From assembly GCF_009914755.1 (NCBI RefSeq), contig NC_060927.1: a stretch of DNA of 64,000 bases; one strand, written 5' to 3'. Shown one piece after another: positions 44,347 to 64,000 of this stretch (the first letter of the stretch is position 1; the number at the start of each line of letters is the position of its first letter). Both the position numbers and the translations under genes were made by a program. This stretch comes from the human T2T-CHM13v2.0 reference genome, Homo sapiens. A model generated the notes under the pieces. The model was not told the origin of the DNA. It saw only the letters and a list, made by a program, of their open reading frames with translations, and did no database searches.

Positions 44347-44606
44347 TTTTTTTTTTTTTTTTTTTTGAGATGGGGTCTTGAACTACTGGGCTCAAGTAAT
44401 CTCCTCAGCCTCTGTAGTACCTAGGATTATAGGTGTGCACTACCACACCTGGCTAATTAAAAAACAAACAAACAAAAAAAAACTTTTTGTAGAGATGGAG
44501 TCTTGCTATGTTGCCTACGCTGGTCTCAAACTTTTTACCCCATTCAACACTCCTGCCTTGGCCTTCCAAAGTGGTGAGATCACAGACATGAGCCACTGTG
44601 CCTGGA
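44347..44606 (-). mobile_element. AluJ (partial)
   Basis: diverged reverse Alu. Confidence 0.8.
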
Positions 44607-44890
44607 CTAATTCATGCTTTCTATTTGTCATCTTAGTTTAGGTTTCATCCTGAGACAAAACCTTGGATGACCCACCCTAGTTAGGACCCTCTTCTAGGAA
44701 ACACAGGTGGTGAGGGAAAGGTCTGGGTCCCTGGAGGTACCTCTGAAGAAGGGAATTCTGTGAACCTAGAAAATTTAATCTTTCCCCTAGACCAAAGAGA
44801 GTGGGGATTCCTGCAGTTCTGTCCACGTTGTCTCCTGGGGCTGTGTATCTGCTGAGGTTCGCTGGAGATTCTGTAGGGGAGGGTCAGGAT

Positions 44891-45171
44891 TGACAAAGAT
44901 TATTTGCTGGCCAAACTTTAGCCAAGCTCCTAACACTTCTCTTAGGCCCATTTGTACACTCCTTTGAAAAATCCAGTTTTAGCAAAGAACCCTGCTAAGT
45001 TGGTTTAGCAAGACCCGCCCACACTTGATGTGTGATCACCCTCAAGATCTGACCAGGTTCCACATCCTCCACCATCCCCTAGGTGACGTCTGATCACCCT
45101 GGCCTATCTTCAGCAAGAATCCTGTTAGGTTGGTTTAGCCAGAATATCCCTGTTTCCCCTGATGTTTACTC
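44891..45171 (+). mobile_element. MER31-like ERV1 LTR (5' part), followed by a minus-strand Alu at 45172-45488
   Basis: TGACAAAGA…CCAAACTTTAG…CAGTTTTAGCAAAGAACCCTGCTAAG…CTGATCACCCT. Confidence 0.7.
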
Positions 45172-45195
45172 TTTTTATTTATTTATTTATTTTGA

Positions 45196-45306
<111 letters not shown>

Positions 45307-45534
45307 TAAGTCTCCTGAGCAGCTGGGATTACAGCACACCACCACACCCGGCTAATTTTTGTATTTTTAGTAGAGACAGGGTTTCTCCATGTTGGTCAGG
45401 CTGGTCTCAAACTCCCAACCTCAGATGATCCATCTGCCTTGGCCTCCCAAAGTGCTGGGATTACAGGCGTGAGCCACAGAGCCCGGCCTCATTCATGAAC
45501 TTTTAAAAACAAAATCAATTTATTAGAGTATCTT

Positions 45535-45690
45535 AGAAGGTTGGAGATGAAAAAAGCTTAGAAAACATCAAGTTTAACTCTGCCATTTTAGAGCTGAGGA
45601 ACTTGTAGGTCCAGAGGGGTTAATGGGTTTGCTCAAGGTCACACAGCTACTGAGCAGCAGAGCTAATAGAACTCAAGCCTTCTATCCCCC
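45535..45690 (-). mobile_element. MIR
   Basis: CATTTTAGAGCTGAGGAACT…TTGCTCAAGGTCACACAGCTA. Confidence 0.7.
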
Positions 45691-46877
45691 CTTAGGAGCC
45701 TGTGCCTAACACCACCTGCTGTGTGGGCAGGCTGCCAGTCTGCATGTCCACATCTCCTTAAAGATCATTAATGTGGTTCATAAACCACCTTACAGCTGAA
45801 GCAGATTTCACTCTAATTTTATCACATTTGTTATTATTACATATAACATTAAATACCCACAGTGAGCAGTCACATCTTGAGTTTTAAAATGAAAGAGTCT
45901 TTCCAGATTAATGGAGAGAGAAGTTACTCTGCATTTAGGAAATTTGGTGGCAGGCTGATTGTTCTTTGCCATTAGGCCCCCAATACTTCCACTGGGGCCT
46001 AGCTCTGGTGATTCCTCACAGCAGATTCCCTCCCCACTGCCTTGCCTTTTGTTTGTATTTTCATAGTTAAATCTGAGCAGAGGACTCTTAGGTAGTGGAT
46101 TTTAGTGTATCAAGTACAACTACTGGATATTATTTAAACATTTTTTTTCTAGAGCACAGATCAGGAGTCAGAAAGGATCTTGATGGGGAAGTACCAACCA
46201 CAGGAAAGAGTTGCTAAGATTAAGTTATTTCTGTTTTGCATTAATTTTTTATTTTTTAAGTTTTTTTATTTTAATTTTTTTAGTATTCTGTTCAATAAAT
46301 GCTTGTTGAGCAGTAAGTCAAATCAGATTTGGTAGATATCAGAGATGATGAATGTTTGGTGTTTTGGGCCACTCAACACAAATTTCCCCTTTTCTGGGAA
46401 CTGGTATCTAATATTTATTCCCAGGGTCCGAGTACCTCGGGGAAATCTGGTGCTACCCCTCTACTGCTTTAGAAATGGGATGTTGATATGGGATATGATG
46501 TTATTTTAAGCTAGTAAACACCACCCTTATAACCACAGTGATTGGAAGAGAAAGTCCAACCAGACTCAGCTCTGGACTTTGGTTCATCACTGGGAGTGGA
46601 GAAGTGCTCGTCTTCCTTTCATGTGAACAAAGAAGCCTGTGGGTCCAGAAACCTTTGATAGTCATCTTGGAACGACAGGGAGAGAAGCCTGCCAAGAATG
46701 AAACCAACAATGAAGAAGTAGAATTGAGAAACAGAGAGAAACTTGGTCTTGATCTCGTCATTTTAGGAGCTAAATGAAGACTGGCCTGCAGCTCTGGACT
46801 GTTCAATTACATGAACACTTATATTCCCTTATTGCTTGAAACAGCCTGTTTTACTTAATTTAAAAGAATATATCAAG

Positions 46878-47153
<276 letters not shown>

Positions 47154-47963
47154 TGTACATGTTCTTCTCTTTTCCATTTCGGTGTATATGACCTTCTCTA
47201 TAGTCAGCCGCAAGTATCTACCAACCACTGGGGATGGGAGTGGAGATTAGTACTCCTAAAAAAATGGAATTAATTTAGGAAAAAGAAGAGTCAAAGTTCA
47301 GCTTTTTACTTGGGTGCAGAAAGGGTAAAAAGGGGAGATAGTGGAGTAAGCAGCCTTGAATCATGATTTTAACCTTTAGGCAGAAATTCCATTAAGGCTA
47401 TTAAATTGACTGTGAAGAAAGCTGAAAGTAGAGGGTCTTGGATTCCACTCCCTGTTTGGAAATAAGACAGGAGAAAGTCTCACAGGGTGGCTCTGCACCA
47501 ATACAGGATGGCTAAAGCAGAGTGAAAGAGCAACATGGCACAGATAGAGTGAGACCTGAGTTGACAGTCCTGATCTTATTCAGGCTTTAGCATGGTATGG
47601 AAGGGATCCAGAGGTTGCTGCATGCACTGTTATGTACTTAGAAAGTAGCTGATGGTGCTAGCTAGTCTGGCAGAAGGTTATCATGGTGGCAACAAAGTGA
47701 CCTTGTAGCCAAACCTGCAGGCAAATTACCTGGGTTGCGAATTCTCTGGGAGTCACAGCCAGACATCAGGGGGATCAACAGTGCCAGTGTCAACCAAGTA
47801 GGGACAGAGATAATCTGCCCTGTTGCGTTGGCTTGAGTTTCCCCATCAATGATTCCTCATGTGATTTAAAATGTTTTAATTGTACTCATATTTTTTTCTG
47901 AGAGTACTGTGTACTATGGGTGGTGACACACTTGACATTTGTATTTGCATTTTTTAGCCCCCA

Positions 47964-48263
47964 ATTTTTTTTTTAAAGACAAGGTCTTGGTCTGTGGTCC
48001 AGTCTGGAATGCACTGGCATGATCCTAGCTCATTGCATCCTTGAACTCCTGTGCTCAAGTGATCCTCCCACCTCAACCTCCTGAGTAGCTAGGACTACAG
48101 GTGTGTACCATCACACCTGACTGTTTTTAATTGCTTTATTTTTTGTAGTGATCAGGTCTTGCTATGTTGCCCAGGCCAGTCTTGAAATTCTGGTCTCAAG
48201 TGATCCTCCTGCCTCAGCCTCCCAAAGTGCTGGGATTACAGGTGTGAACCACCACACCTGGCC
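47964..48263 (-). mobile_element. AluJ
   Basis: reverse Alu. Confidence 0.88.
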
Positions 48264-48850
48264 CAAGTTAACATTTTTTTATTGTGGCAAAATATGCATA
48301 ACATAAAATTTACCATTTTCACCATTTAAAAATTTGTAAACTTCATTTTATTATTTAATGTGTAAGACTAATAAAAATACCATGAAAAGCAATTAGAATC
48401 ATAAATATAGTATTGTGGTGTTTTTTGTTTTTTTTGAGATGGTGTCTCGCTCTGTTGCCCAGGCTGGAGTGCAATGGCATGGTCTCGACTCATTGCAACC
48501 TCTGCCTGCTGGTTCAAGTGATTCTCCTGCATCAGCCTCCCAAGTAGATGGGACTATAGGTGCGTGCCACCACATCTGGCTAGTTTTTGTATTTCTAGTA
48601 GAGACAGGGTTTTACTATGTTGGCGAGGGAGATTCAAACTCCTGACCTCGTGATCCACCTGCCTCGGCCTCCCAAAGTGCTGGGATTATAGGCGTGAGCC
48701 ACAGCACCCGGCCTGTAATGGTTTTTTCTATGTAGACTTTGAAATTCTTTGATTATTGCATTATAAACCATTAATCTAAGTAATTAAGGAAACATCCAGA
48801 GAATTTTCTTTCACTAAATGTTTAAAGGAGTTTCTTTTCTTTTAATTTAG

Positions 48851-49012
<162 letters not shown>

Positions 49013-49789
49013 TGAGTAGCTGAGATTACAGGCGCCCACTACCATGGCTGGCTAATTTTTGTATTTTTAGTAGAGATGGGGTTTCATGATGTTGGCCAGG
49101 CCGGCCTCAAACTCCTGACCACAGGTGATTCTCCCGCCTTGGCGTCCCAAACTGCTAGGATTGCAGGCATGAGCCACCGCACCTAGTGAGCAGGTCCTTC
49201 TTAGATTACTGATTGAAATTGCAGTGTAGACCCTTTCATTTTCTTTTCATAATCTTCAAATTTCTCATACTGAGTGACAAAGAATTTATTCCTCCAGTCT
49301 TCAGAAATATCCTTTCTTATGAAGGGAGACAGAATGGTCCATCTGATCATTTTCCATAGTGGTATAATTTCCACTAGGATTCTGCTTTATCACATCAGAA
49401 GAGCTATACCAGAGGGTTTTTCCCACAGTTTCTTCTGGCACGTCTTTCTCTATTTAACAGCTTCTGAATTCCACACTTTGAATTCTCTTTCATGTCTTCA
49501 TAAAAATAGGTAAAAGATACAAAAGTCTTTTCCTTTTCTCCCAGCAGTTTCTGGTATAGTCATACTAGAAACCAAAACACAGCTTTACAGCCATGAATTT
49601 ATCCAGGAACTCCTCCTAGGTTCCAGGCTCTGGGTGCATTTTTGCCAACTGGTAGAAATAATAAGACACAGCCACATCTTTGGCATTCCATGCCATGAAG
49701 GTTATCCTGCAGTCATTCTTCTGAAATAAAGAAGGGAGAAGTTGAATGTGTAGGTATGTTTTCACCAATCAAGGAGATTGCATGTTTTT

Positions 49790-50119
49790 ATTTTATTTAT
49801 TTTATTTTTATTTTATTTTATTTTTTTTTTTTTTGAGACGGAGTCTTGCTCTGTCACCCAGGCTGGAGTGCAGTGGCGCAATCTCGGCTTACTGTTAGCT
49901 CTGCCTCCCAGGTTCATGCCATTCTCCTGCCTCAGCCTCCCAAGTAGGTGGGACTACAGGCGCCTGCCACCATGCCCAGCTAATTTTTTTGTATTTTTTT
50001 TAGTAGAGACGGGGTTTCACCATGTTAGCCAGGATGGTCTCGATCTCCTGACCTCGTGATCAGCCCGCCTCAGCCTCCCAAAGTGCTGGGATTACAGGCG
50101 TGAAACACCACGCCCAACC
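49790..50119 (-). mobile_element. AluY interrupting the SULT CDS remnant
   Basis: 17-bp TSD GGAGATTGCATGTTTTT at 49773-49789 and 50120-50136. Confidence 0.95.
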
Positions 50120-50671
50120 GGAGATTGCATGTTTTTCAACTGCTCAACACCACTTGTGAGTTTGGGAATTATAAATTCCATGAAAGGCACTTAGTTTGTA
50201 TATTGCAACCCATTTAAATTTCTCTGCATCCCCATTGTTACGGATCAAATCCAGTGTTTCACAGATCCAGTTTTGGGACAGGTGGAGGTCAGAAGGTCAT
50301 TTGGTTGTGCCTCAAGCAACCCCACCTGGGACCACTCCTTAGCAATGCTCCAGAGGAGGAGAATATGCTGAACATCCACTCATTCCCTCCTGAAGCTATT
50401 CTGCTTCTTGTCAATTTGAGGAGATTTTTCTGAAGTGCAATTTTTTATCTTCCTTTGTTTTCAACCTTTTTCAACTCCACCCCTGCCTTACCTCATTCAA
50501 ATTGATTGATTGATTGATTGACTGAGACGGAGTCTCAGTCTGTCGTCCAGGCTGGAGTGCAATGGCGTGATCTTGGCTCACCACAACCTCTGCCTCCCAG
50601 GCTCAAGTGATTCTCCTACGCCCGGCCTCATTCAAATATTTTTTATTTAAAAAGATTACAGGGTGGGCTCA

Positions 50672-50794
<123 letters not shown>

Positions 50795-50925
50795 TTAACT
50801 GGGCATGGTGGCACAGGCCTGTACTCCCAGCTACTCAAAGAACCTCTTGAACCTGGAGGTGGAGGCTGCAGTGAGCTGAGATCAAGCCACTGCACTCTAG
50901 CCTGGGTTACAGAGTGACTCTGTCT

Positions 50926-50963
<38 letters not shown>

Positions 50964-50999
50964 GGAAAGGAAAAAGATTATGGTTATGGTTATGGTTCA

Positions 51000-51425
<426 letters not shown>

Positions 51426-51943
51426 CCCATTTTAGTCATTTTTAAGTGAACAGTTCTATGGCATTAAACATATGCACATTGTTGTTCAACCATCACCACC
51501 ACCCATCTGCAGAACTCTTCTGTCTTTCCCAACGGAAACTTTGTACCATTAAACACTAAGTCCCCATTCTCCACCCCAGCCTCAGTACCACCATTCTACT
51601 TTCTGTCTGTATGAATTTGACTACTCTAGGTACCTCATATAAGTGGAATAATAAAGTATTTGTATTTGTCCTTTTGGCCTATTTCACTTAGCATAATATT
51701 ATTAAGGTTCATGCATGTAATAGCATGTGTCAGAATGTCCTTCCTTTTCAAGGCTGAATTATATTTCACTGTCTGTGTATACCATACTTTTTAAATTCAT
51801 TCATCCATTGACAAACACTTGAGTTACTTCCACATTTTAGCTATTGTGATTAATGCTGCTATGAACATGGGTGTACAAATATCTGTTCAAGTCTCTCATT
51901 TCACTTCTTTTGTTTATGTATCATAAGTAAAATGACTGGATCA

Positions 51944-54497
<2,554 letters not shown>

Positions 54498-54569
54498 TAT
54501 CCTATGTTTTCTTCTGAGAGTTTTATAGTTTATACTCTTATATTCAGGTCTTTGATCCACTTTGAAACT

Positions 54570-55778
<1,209 letters not shown>

Positions 55779-56019
55779 TGAGCTTTGTATCTGATTGTGA
55801 GAGTGAAGTCGATGATGTTGATAAGAGGAAATAAGTATCTCCAGAATGGTAATGAGGAACTCTGGTAACTTATTCAGGGCTTTGAGGATTCTAGTTCTTT
55901 GCTGGGATCAGAAAAGGGGCCACTTAAATAAAAATTATGAGTATATGAAAACTCAGACTAAAATACATTCTAAGAATATTTTCTGGTATCTCTTTGTATA
56001 GGAACAGCAAGACATTTCA

Positions 56020-56343
<324 letters not shown>

Positions 56344-56569
56344 TGACATTTCACCTTATTTTTTAAGTTAAAGAAACAGTTCAGCTGCCTCGCTGTCATT
56401 TTCAAAAGAAACACTAGTTTGGTATCCACAAAAAATACTGGAAAGCAATATACATCTTAACCAAAGTTGTTTTGAGATGTACCTGTAGTGGATATTTTCT
56501 TTTTTCACCTGCCCATCACTATATGGTTTGTTCTGGTAAAAAGAATCTTGATTTTCTTTTGGAGGATGA

Positions 56570-57299
<730 letters not shown>

Positions 57300-58769
57300 C
57301 TATAAAGATGATATAAGTTGAACACTGGGGAAAGGTGGGGAGGTGGCAAGAAATCACTATGTGAAAACAAACTCTTTGATGTCAACAAAGAGGAAAGGAG
57401 AGATCATGTCCTGATGTCAATGTTTGCATTCGTGAATCTAGTCATATCTGAAGTTACCTATCTATGGATTTTTCAGTTATTAAGCCAAATATACTCCTTT
57501 TCTTAAATCAGTCTGAGTTTAAGTTTTTGACACTTGTAAGGAAAAGCCCTATGTATCATAGCACAAAATAATTCCATTTATTAAACATCACAAAATGTCT
57601 AAAAATCCTCTTTCATATCTTTCTATACCTTGGTGTCACTCAGAATGTCAGCTGTGCTAAATCCCTAGTCTCACTCTCTCAAAACTCCCAGAAACCATCT
57701 CTCCTAGTCAGCTCATTCCAGGTCTTTTTTTCTTACTCCCTTACTCAAACTTTGCTGGTCGCCTTCCTTATCCCCACCCCATCCCACCTTCTCCAAAACA
57801 AAAAATCTGAGCCTTGCAGATCAGCCGAGCCTTCTGAGGCTCCTTTTGCTTCTTTACCTCTATTCCTTATTGAGATCAGCACAATTAATGCATGTCTGAA
57901 CAACAAATGATCCTTTCTCTTTGGAAGGGTGAAAGTTTGGAAATATTTACATGTTAAATGTTCTGTTCTGGTCTCATTTGTATTCAGTACAAATAGTGTG
58001 TTTGCTTGGACATTAATTTTATTTGCAAATAGCTACAGCTGGGGGTCCCTTTGGGTAAGTCTTGCTAAGATACTGCATTGGTGGGTTTTTTGTTTATTTT
58101 GTTTTTGTTTTGTTTTTCAAGGGGATGGGGAAGGAATCAAAGTAGTCAAATCAGTTTGGTTGTTTTTACAAGCCCGAGAAATGGTCAAATTTTGGATTCA
58201 GACCAAGCACACCATAGTGTGCTAGAGGCAATTTAATGACTTCCTACCCTCTTGCCTTTTTCCCCCTCTTTGGGAACATTCTTGGATTTTCTACAGAAAC
58301 AGCCAGAGGCTCTCAATTGACAATTGCCTCACTCAGCAGTTTCTTGTTAAGCACACTTGTCAGACACTGTTTCCAGGACTCTCTTAAGTGTCCTAAGAAT
58401 ATTGACTCATTCAAAAGCAGCCCAGCTGTAGTTGGGAGAGCACCAGCACTTGCTCTATAAAGATCTAGATTGTCTCTCTACCTCAAGAGGAATCCAAAAT
58501 CCTGTTATGCTGGACTCTGAAATGATCCCCAGCCCTTTGGTGATCACACTGTTTATGAGCAGTCTGAATTCCATTCTTGGGTCTACCTAAACTAGCACCC
58601 TCGGGCTATGGGGCCCAGTGGGGAGACCACCTAGCATGCTGGCTGCCTGGAGCCCAGGGAACTGTCAAGATGGCTCTGGAAGACTTCTCGCCTTTTAAAA
58701 GCCCCGTATTTCTTTTACATATATTTTTGTCCTCATGAATTTTGCCAACCGCAATGGACTAAAATCTAT

Positions 58770-59185
58770 TATAGCGTCCTGGAAAGGTGGGGAAAAGATG
58801 GGATAGTTGAGGAGAGTTTAATGAAGGGACTATTTAAAAAGGTGTGGATGGGGTTAAAGGAAACCTCTGGGCGTCATTACCCACCCCAGGCCTGAAGGGG
58901 CAAGGGTAGTTAGTAGTAACCAGAACCTGGAGAAAACTGCAGGAGAGGGCCACAGGATGGGAGTAATGGCTTTCAGATGAAGAACATAGCCACTGCTAAC
59001 AGGGTGGCCCGCTGGGGATGCAGGGGAGGTCCTGAATCACATCCTGCCTTCTGATCTGCAGGTGCCTCCCACTTGCCAAAACCAATTGAAAGCCAGATTA
59101 TAGTTGACGTAGCCCATAAAGGTCAGTCCTGAGTCACAGAGCAGAGTGGAGAGTGGGTCTGAAGGGACAGAGGAAAAACCAGCAA
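58770..59185 (-). mobile_element. Old ERVL LTR (LTR41-like) just upstream of the CpG island
   Basis: GAGGAGAGTTTAATGAAGGGACTATTTA…CCCAGGCCTGAAGGGGCAAGGG. Confidence 0.55.
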
Positions 59186-59779
59186 GCACCTCCTGTTTTT
59201 TCCCACAGCCAGCACCTTGGTTCAGCCCTTACCCTTTCTTGCCTGTCCCCTGGACCCATCAAATCCACTGCTTTTAATGACCAGTCTGTTTCCAAGAGGC
59301 TATATTCATTCCACTTGGGACTGGGGCATATGCACTTGGGTAGAAGAACCAGCTGTGCAGTGTCAAGACCCTTCCCTCAGAGACCTTATCAGTAAAATGG
59401 CGGGTGGACTCGGGGATGCCCGAAGACTTTTCCGGACCACGATTTTCCGATGCTGGACACATATTTAAACATGAAGGAATAGACTTGCGACTTTTAAGCG
59501 CAAACAATGGGTGGAAATGGACAGAAACTGCCTCCGTGCCCACTTGCAGCGGACTACGTAGCCCTGGCAGACAGGCAATTGCTTCAAACAAGCGCCCTCC
59601 AAGGGCGTAAGCTAGAGGGGCCCGGGCGGGCGCTTTCCCGTGGACCCTCCCACCTCGCGGGTAGAGGAAGTCCTTCAGTTCAGGCACAACCCTGAGCGTC
59701 CCCCGCAGTCTCCAACTCCGGCGCCAGTCAGGTTGTGGGGTGGGGGCGGCGGAGGGTGGAGAGCGCAGGCGCAGAGTCC

Positions 59780-60309
59780 GCGCGGCGGCGCCCCTCTCCC
59801 TCCGCAGTACTCCGGACGGCGCCCGCCTCGATTTTCCCAGGCGAGGGCACGCCCGCGTCAGTCGCCTCCGGGGCACCTTCCTCGCCACGACACGCAGGTA
59901 ACCGGGCCCCGGGAGCCGGTCGGCGGCGGCGGACTGGGACCTTGATCCTGCCTGCCCGGCCGCCCGACAAGGGAATGAGAGCGGACCCCGAACTCCACAC
60001 ACCCGCGTTTAGCCGCCACACCTAAGGGGCAGAACAGTCTTTTTGGGTAAGGGCCGGGCTGGGGGCGACGCGCCCCGCCCGCTTTGCAGACTTCGGGGTG
60101 CTCTGCACGACGCCTGAAAGGCCGCGGGGCCCGCATTTCTCTGTGCTGCCCTCCTGGAGAACCGGGACACGGGGACGGGAGGGCCAGCATCGGCTACGGC
60201 CCGGTTTCCCGTTTCTTTCCTCTGTCGCGTCTGGGCCCTCCTGCAGCGTCCATGATGAAGGCCAGGGGCTGTTGCTTTCCTCTCGCCCAGTAGCCAACCC
60301 AAGCAAGGG
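59780..60309 (+). other. SLC35G2: Non-coding first exon (5' UTR); candidate donors after 59897, 60046 and 60309; coding exon lies beyond the window
   Basis: CAG/GTAACC, TGG/GTAAGG and GGG/GTGAGT downstream of the NRF1/SP cluster. The end …GTAGCCAACCCAAGCAAGGG matches my memory of the SLC35G2 (TMEM22) mRNA just before its coding exon. TSS approximate. Confidence 0.55.
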
Positions 60310-60867
60310 GTGAGTCACTGTGGCGTCATATGGGATCAATTTCAAATACAAGTTTTAAAAAAGGCTGGATGATTTTAGAAATATGGCCAAGAATTTGTAT
60401 TTTCCATTACTCTCTTGTCTCATGTCCATGACTCTTGAACGCCAGTCTGTGGGCGCTGAGATTTTCGTGGTACATCGACGGTTTGTAGACATCTTTTCCC
60501 AAGGGAAGACGAGGGCAAGGGTTAGTGGAGGAAGGGCCTCGTCACGGCCGAGAGTGGCGGAGAAGGCTCAGGGCAAGTCCGCACAGCCTCCAGCAGCCAC
60601 GGGGAGGAAAAGGCGAATCTTTCCTCACAGTGCTCTGGGCGCTGTAGAATTTCTACGCCACGTGCACCCATTTGGCCTCATTTGAGAGCAGGAGAGGGAA
60701 GAAGGGTCGCGCGGGCCGGCAGGAAAGAGACTCGTGTTGCGGCGGATGAAGGCTCAGCGCGGACCTGCATCTCGGGCCAGGTTTTGTTTCACCCGGCTCC
60801 GCGAGGAGCGAGGCGGAAAGCTCGGGTCCGAGTGTTGATCGAGGACCTGGAGATAGTAACCCACCAC

Positions 60868-60927
60868 GTCCAGAGTGCTGGGGGTGGGTCCAGAGGGCTG
60901 GGGGTAGGTCCAGAGGGCTGGGGGTAG
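60868..60927 (+). repeat. 3 x 20-bp G-rich tandem repeat
   Basis: GTCCAGAG(T/G)GCTGGGGGT(G/A)G x3. Confidence 0.95.
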
Positions 60928-62084
60928 CTCCGGAGGAGCGATCTTCCTCCGCGGGAAAGGACTTGGCTCAGGCTTGCCTATGTCCGTGGTGCTGAAGTGC
61001 CTCGCGCGCCCTCGTCGACTGACTTCCTGGGCCGCGGCCTGCGTTGCCCTTCTACTCTGCACCTTTGCCAAAAATAGCCCATCTCCATGGCTGGTGGCCA
61101 GAGTGGAGCAGGCCCAACACTGAAACTCTTTTCAGACAAGTTGAGGCTGGTTTCCTGAACATAACCCGAAAGCAAATGTGGCTTGCCTTGGAGGTACAGA
61201 TAAGCATATGCATAACAGATTTTATTACCTATGAGAAAGTACACACCATGAGCGTAAACAGGAATTCTCACATATACTTATGAAAGATACAGGTATGTGC
61301 ATTTACGCACAAACCTAACACACATGCAAATACACTCATCCCTTTTGAAAACCATTACACACTACAAGCCACACATTTTTTAGAGCTTTTGTAATCCATC
61401 TTTATTTTTTGACACTTCTAGTAAATGTGAACTCTGCAGAGCCATTTATTTTCATAATCATCTGTTCCAAAGGCACAGAGCCTGTGGATTGAAGTGTTTG
61501 GTATTTGGCTGAGCAATTAAGTATTTACACTCATTTAAATTCCAGAACAAAAGTCTAGGAAGATGTAAAATTGATATTGATACCAAAAAAATTCCTTAAA
61601 GAAAGCTTAAGGAAAATGAATTAATGTAAATTTTAATAAGAACAACATATAAATAATCATAGAAATTTATAATCTTAAGAACATATGACTAAAATGTATC
61701 ATAATGCAGACAATTTTAAATATATTGGTGGTATGTGGTTTGTGTGAAGTTCTTAAAGTTTACATTTGTATTTTTCAAAAACATTGGTATTGTTTTTTCC
61801 TTAAAAAATATATGCTCATTATAAGAATTTTAGGTAATAGAGAAATGCATAAACATAGAAAACCATTGTAAACAGATTTTCATTTAGATGAACATGCATA
61901 CATTTTAAATGGACCAATCCTCTTATTGGTTGCGTTTTTGCTATATAATTTATAATTAATGTCTTTCATCATAAAACTAGGTCATCATTATTAAGGGTTG
62001 CATAATATTGATCTGTGTGGATAGAATGTAAGTTTTTTAAACAATCCCATAATGAACATTTATGTCCAATTTTTTAGACTTAAA

Positions 62085-64000
<1,916 letters not shown>

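Larger units (their letters stand above)
59390..61050 (+). promoter_or_regulatory. SLC35G2: CpG-island promoter (TATA-less)
   Basis: Abrupt rise in GC and CpG in non-repeat sequence. YY1-type AAAATGGCGG 59394-59403; KLF/SP GGGGTGGGGGCGG 59737-59749; NRF1 GCGCAGGCGCA 59763-59773. Gene identity is from recollection only. Confidence 0.85.

Noticed and set aside
49274-49513. 79-aa plus-strand ORF
   Set aside because: Antisense to the SULT1D retrocopy; the informative reading is on the minus strand
59274-60351. 242-aa minus-strand ORF and overlapping ORFs of about 100 aa
   Set aside because: Arg/Pro/Gly/Ala-rich frames expected from stop-poor CpG-island DNA; non-ATG starts and no recognisable domain

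Overview
Primate (almost certainly human) genomic DNA, not microbial. About 80 Alu copies by hand count, plus L1, L2, MIR, MaLR/ERVL/ERV1 LTRs and DNA transposon fossils. There is no intact protein-coding exon, and nearly all ORFs in the supplied track are repeat-derived. The main non-repeat content is: (1) a disabled, intronless cytosolic sulfotransferase (SULT1D1-type) retrocopy on the minus strand (about 48,328-51,426). It sits inside an old L1MB with recognisable target-site duplications, and its 5' end appears to start in the R-U5 part of an ERV1 LTR. (2) A CpG-island promoter at about 59.4-61.05 kb with a non-coding first exon on + and three candidate donors. From memory of the 5' UTR this is probably SLC35G2/TMEM22 on 3q22 (unverified). 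(3) An old duplicated non-repeat unit of about 290 bp at 24.4 and 26.3 kb. Also present are a full-length THE1 element, a heavily invaded LTR16/ERVL provirus and a roughly 55-bp HNRNPA1 3'-end retro-fragment. Repeat subfamily names come from recalled consensus sequences and need RepeatMasker/Dfam confirmation. Repeat boundaries are approximate. I see no CRISPR-like or other novel multi-gene system. The most novel signal is the fossil LTR-initiated SULT1D1 transcript.
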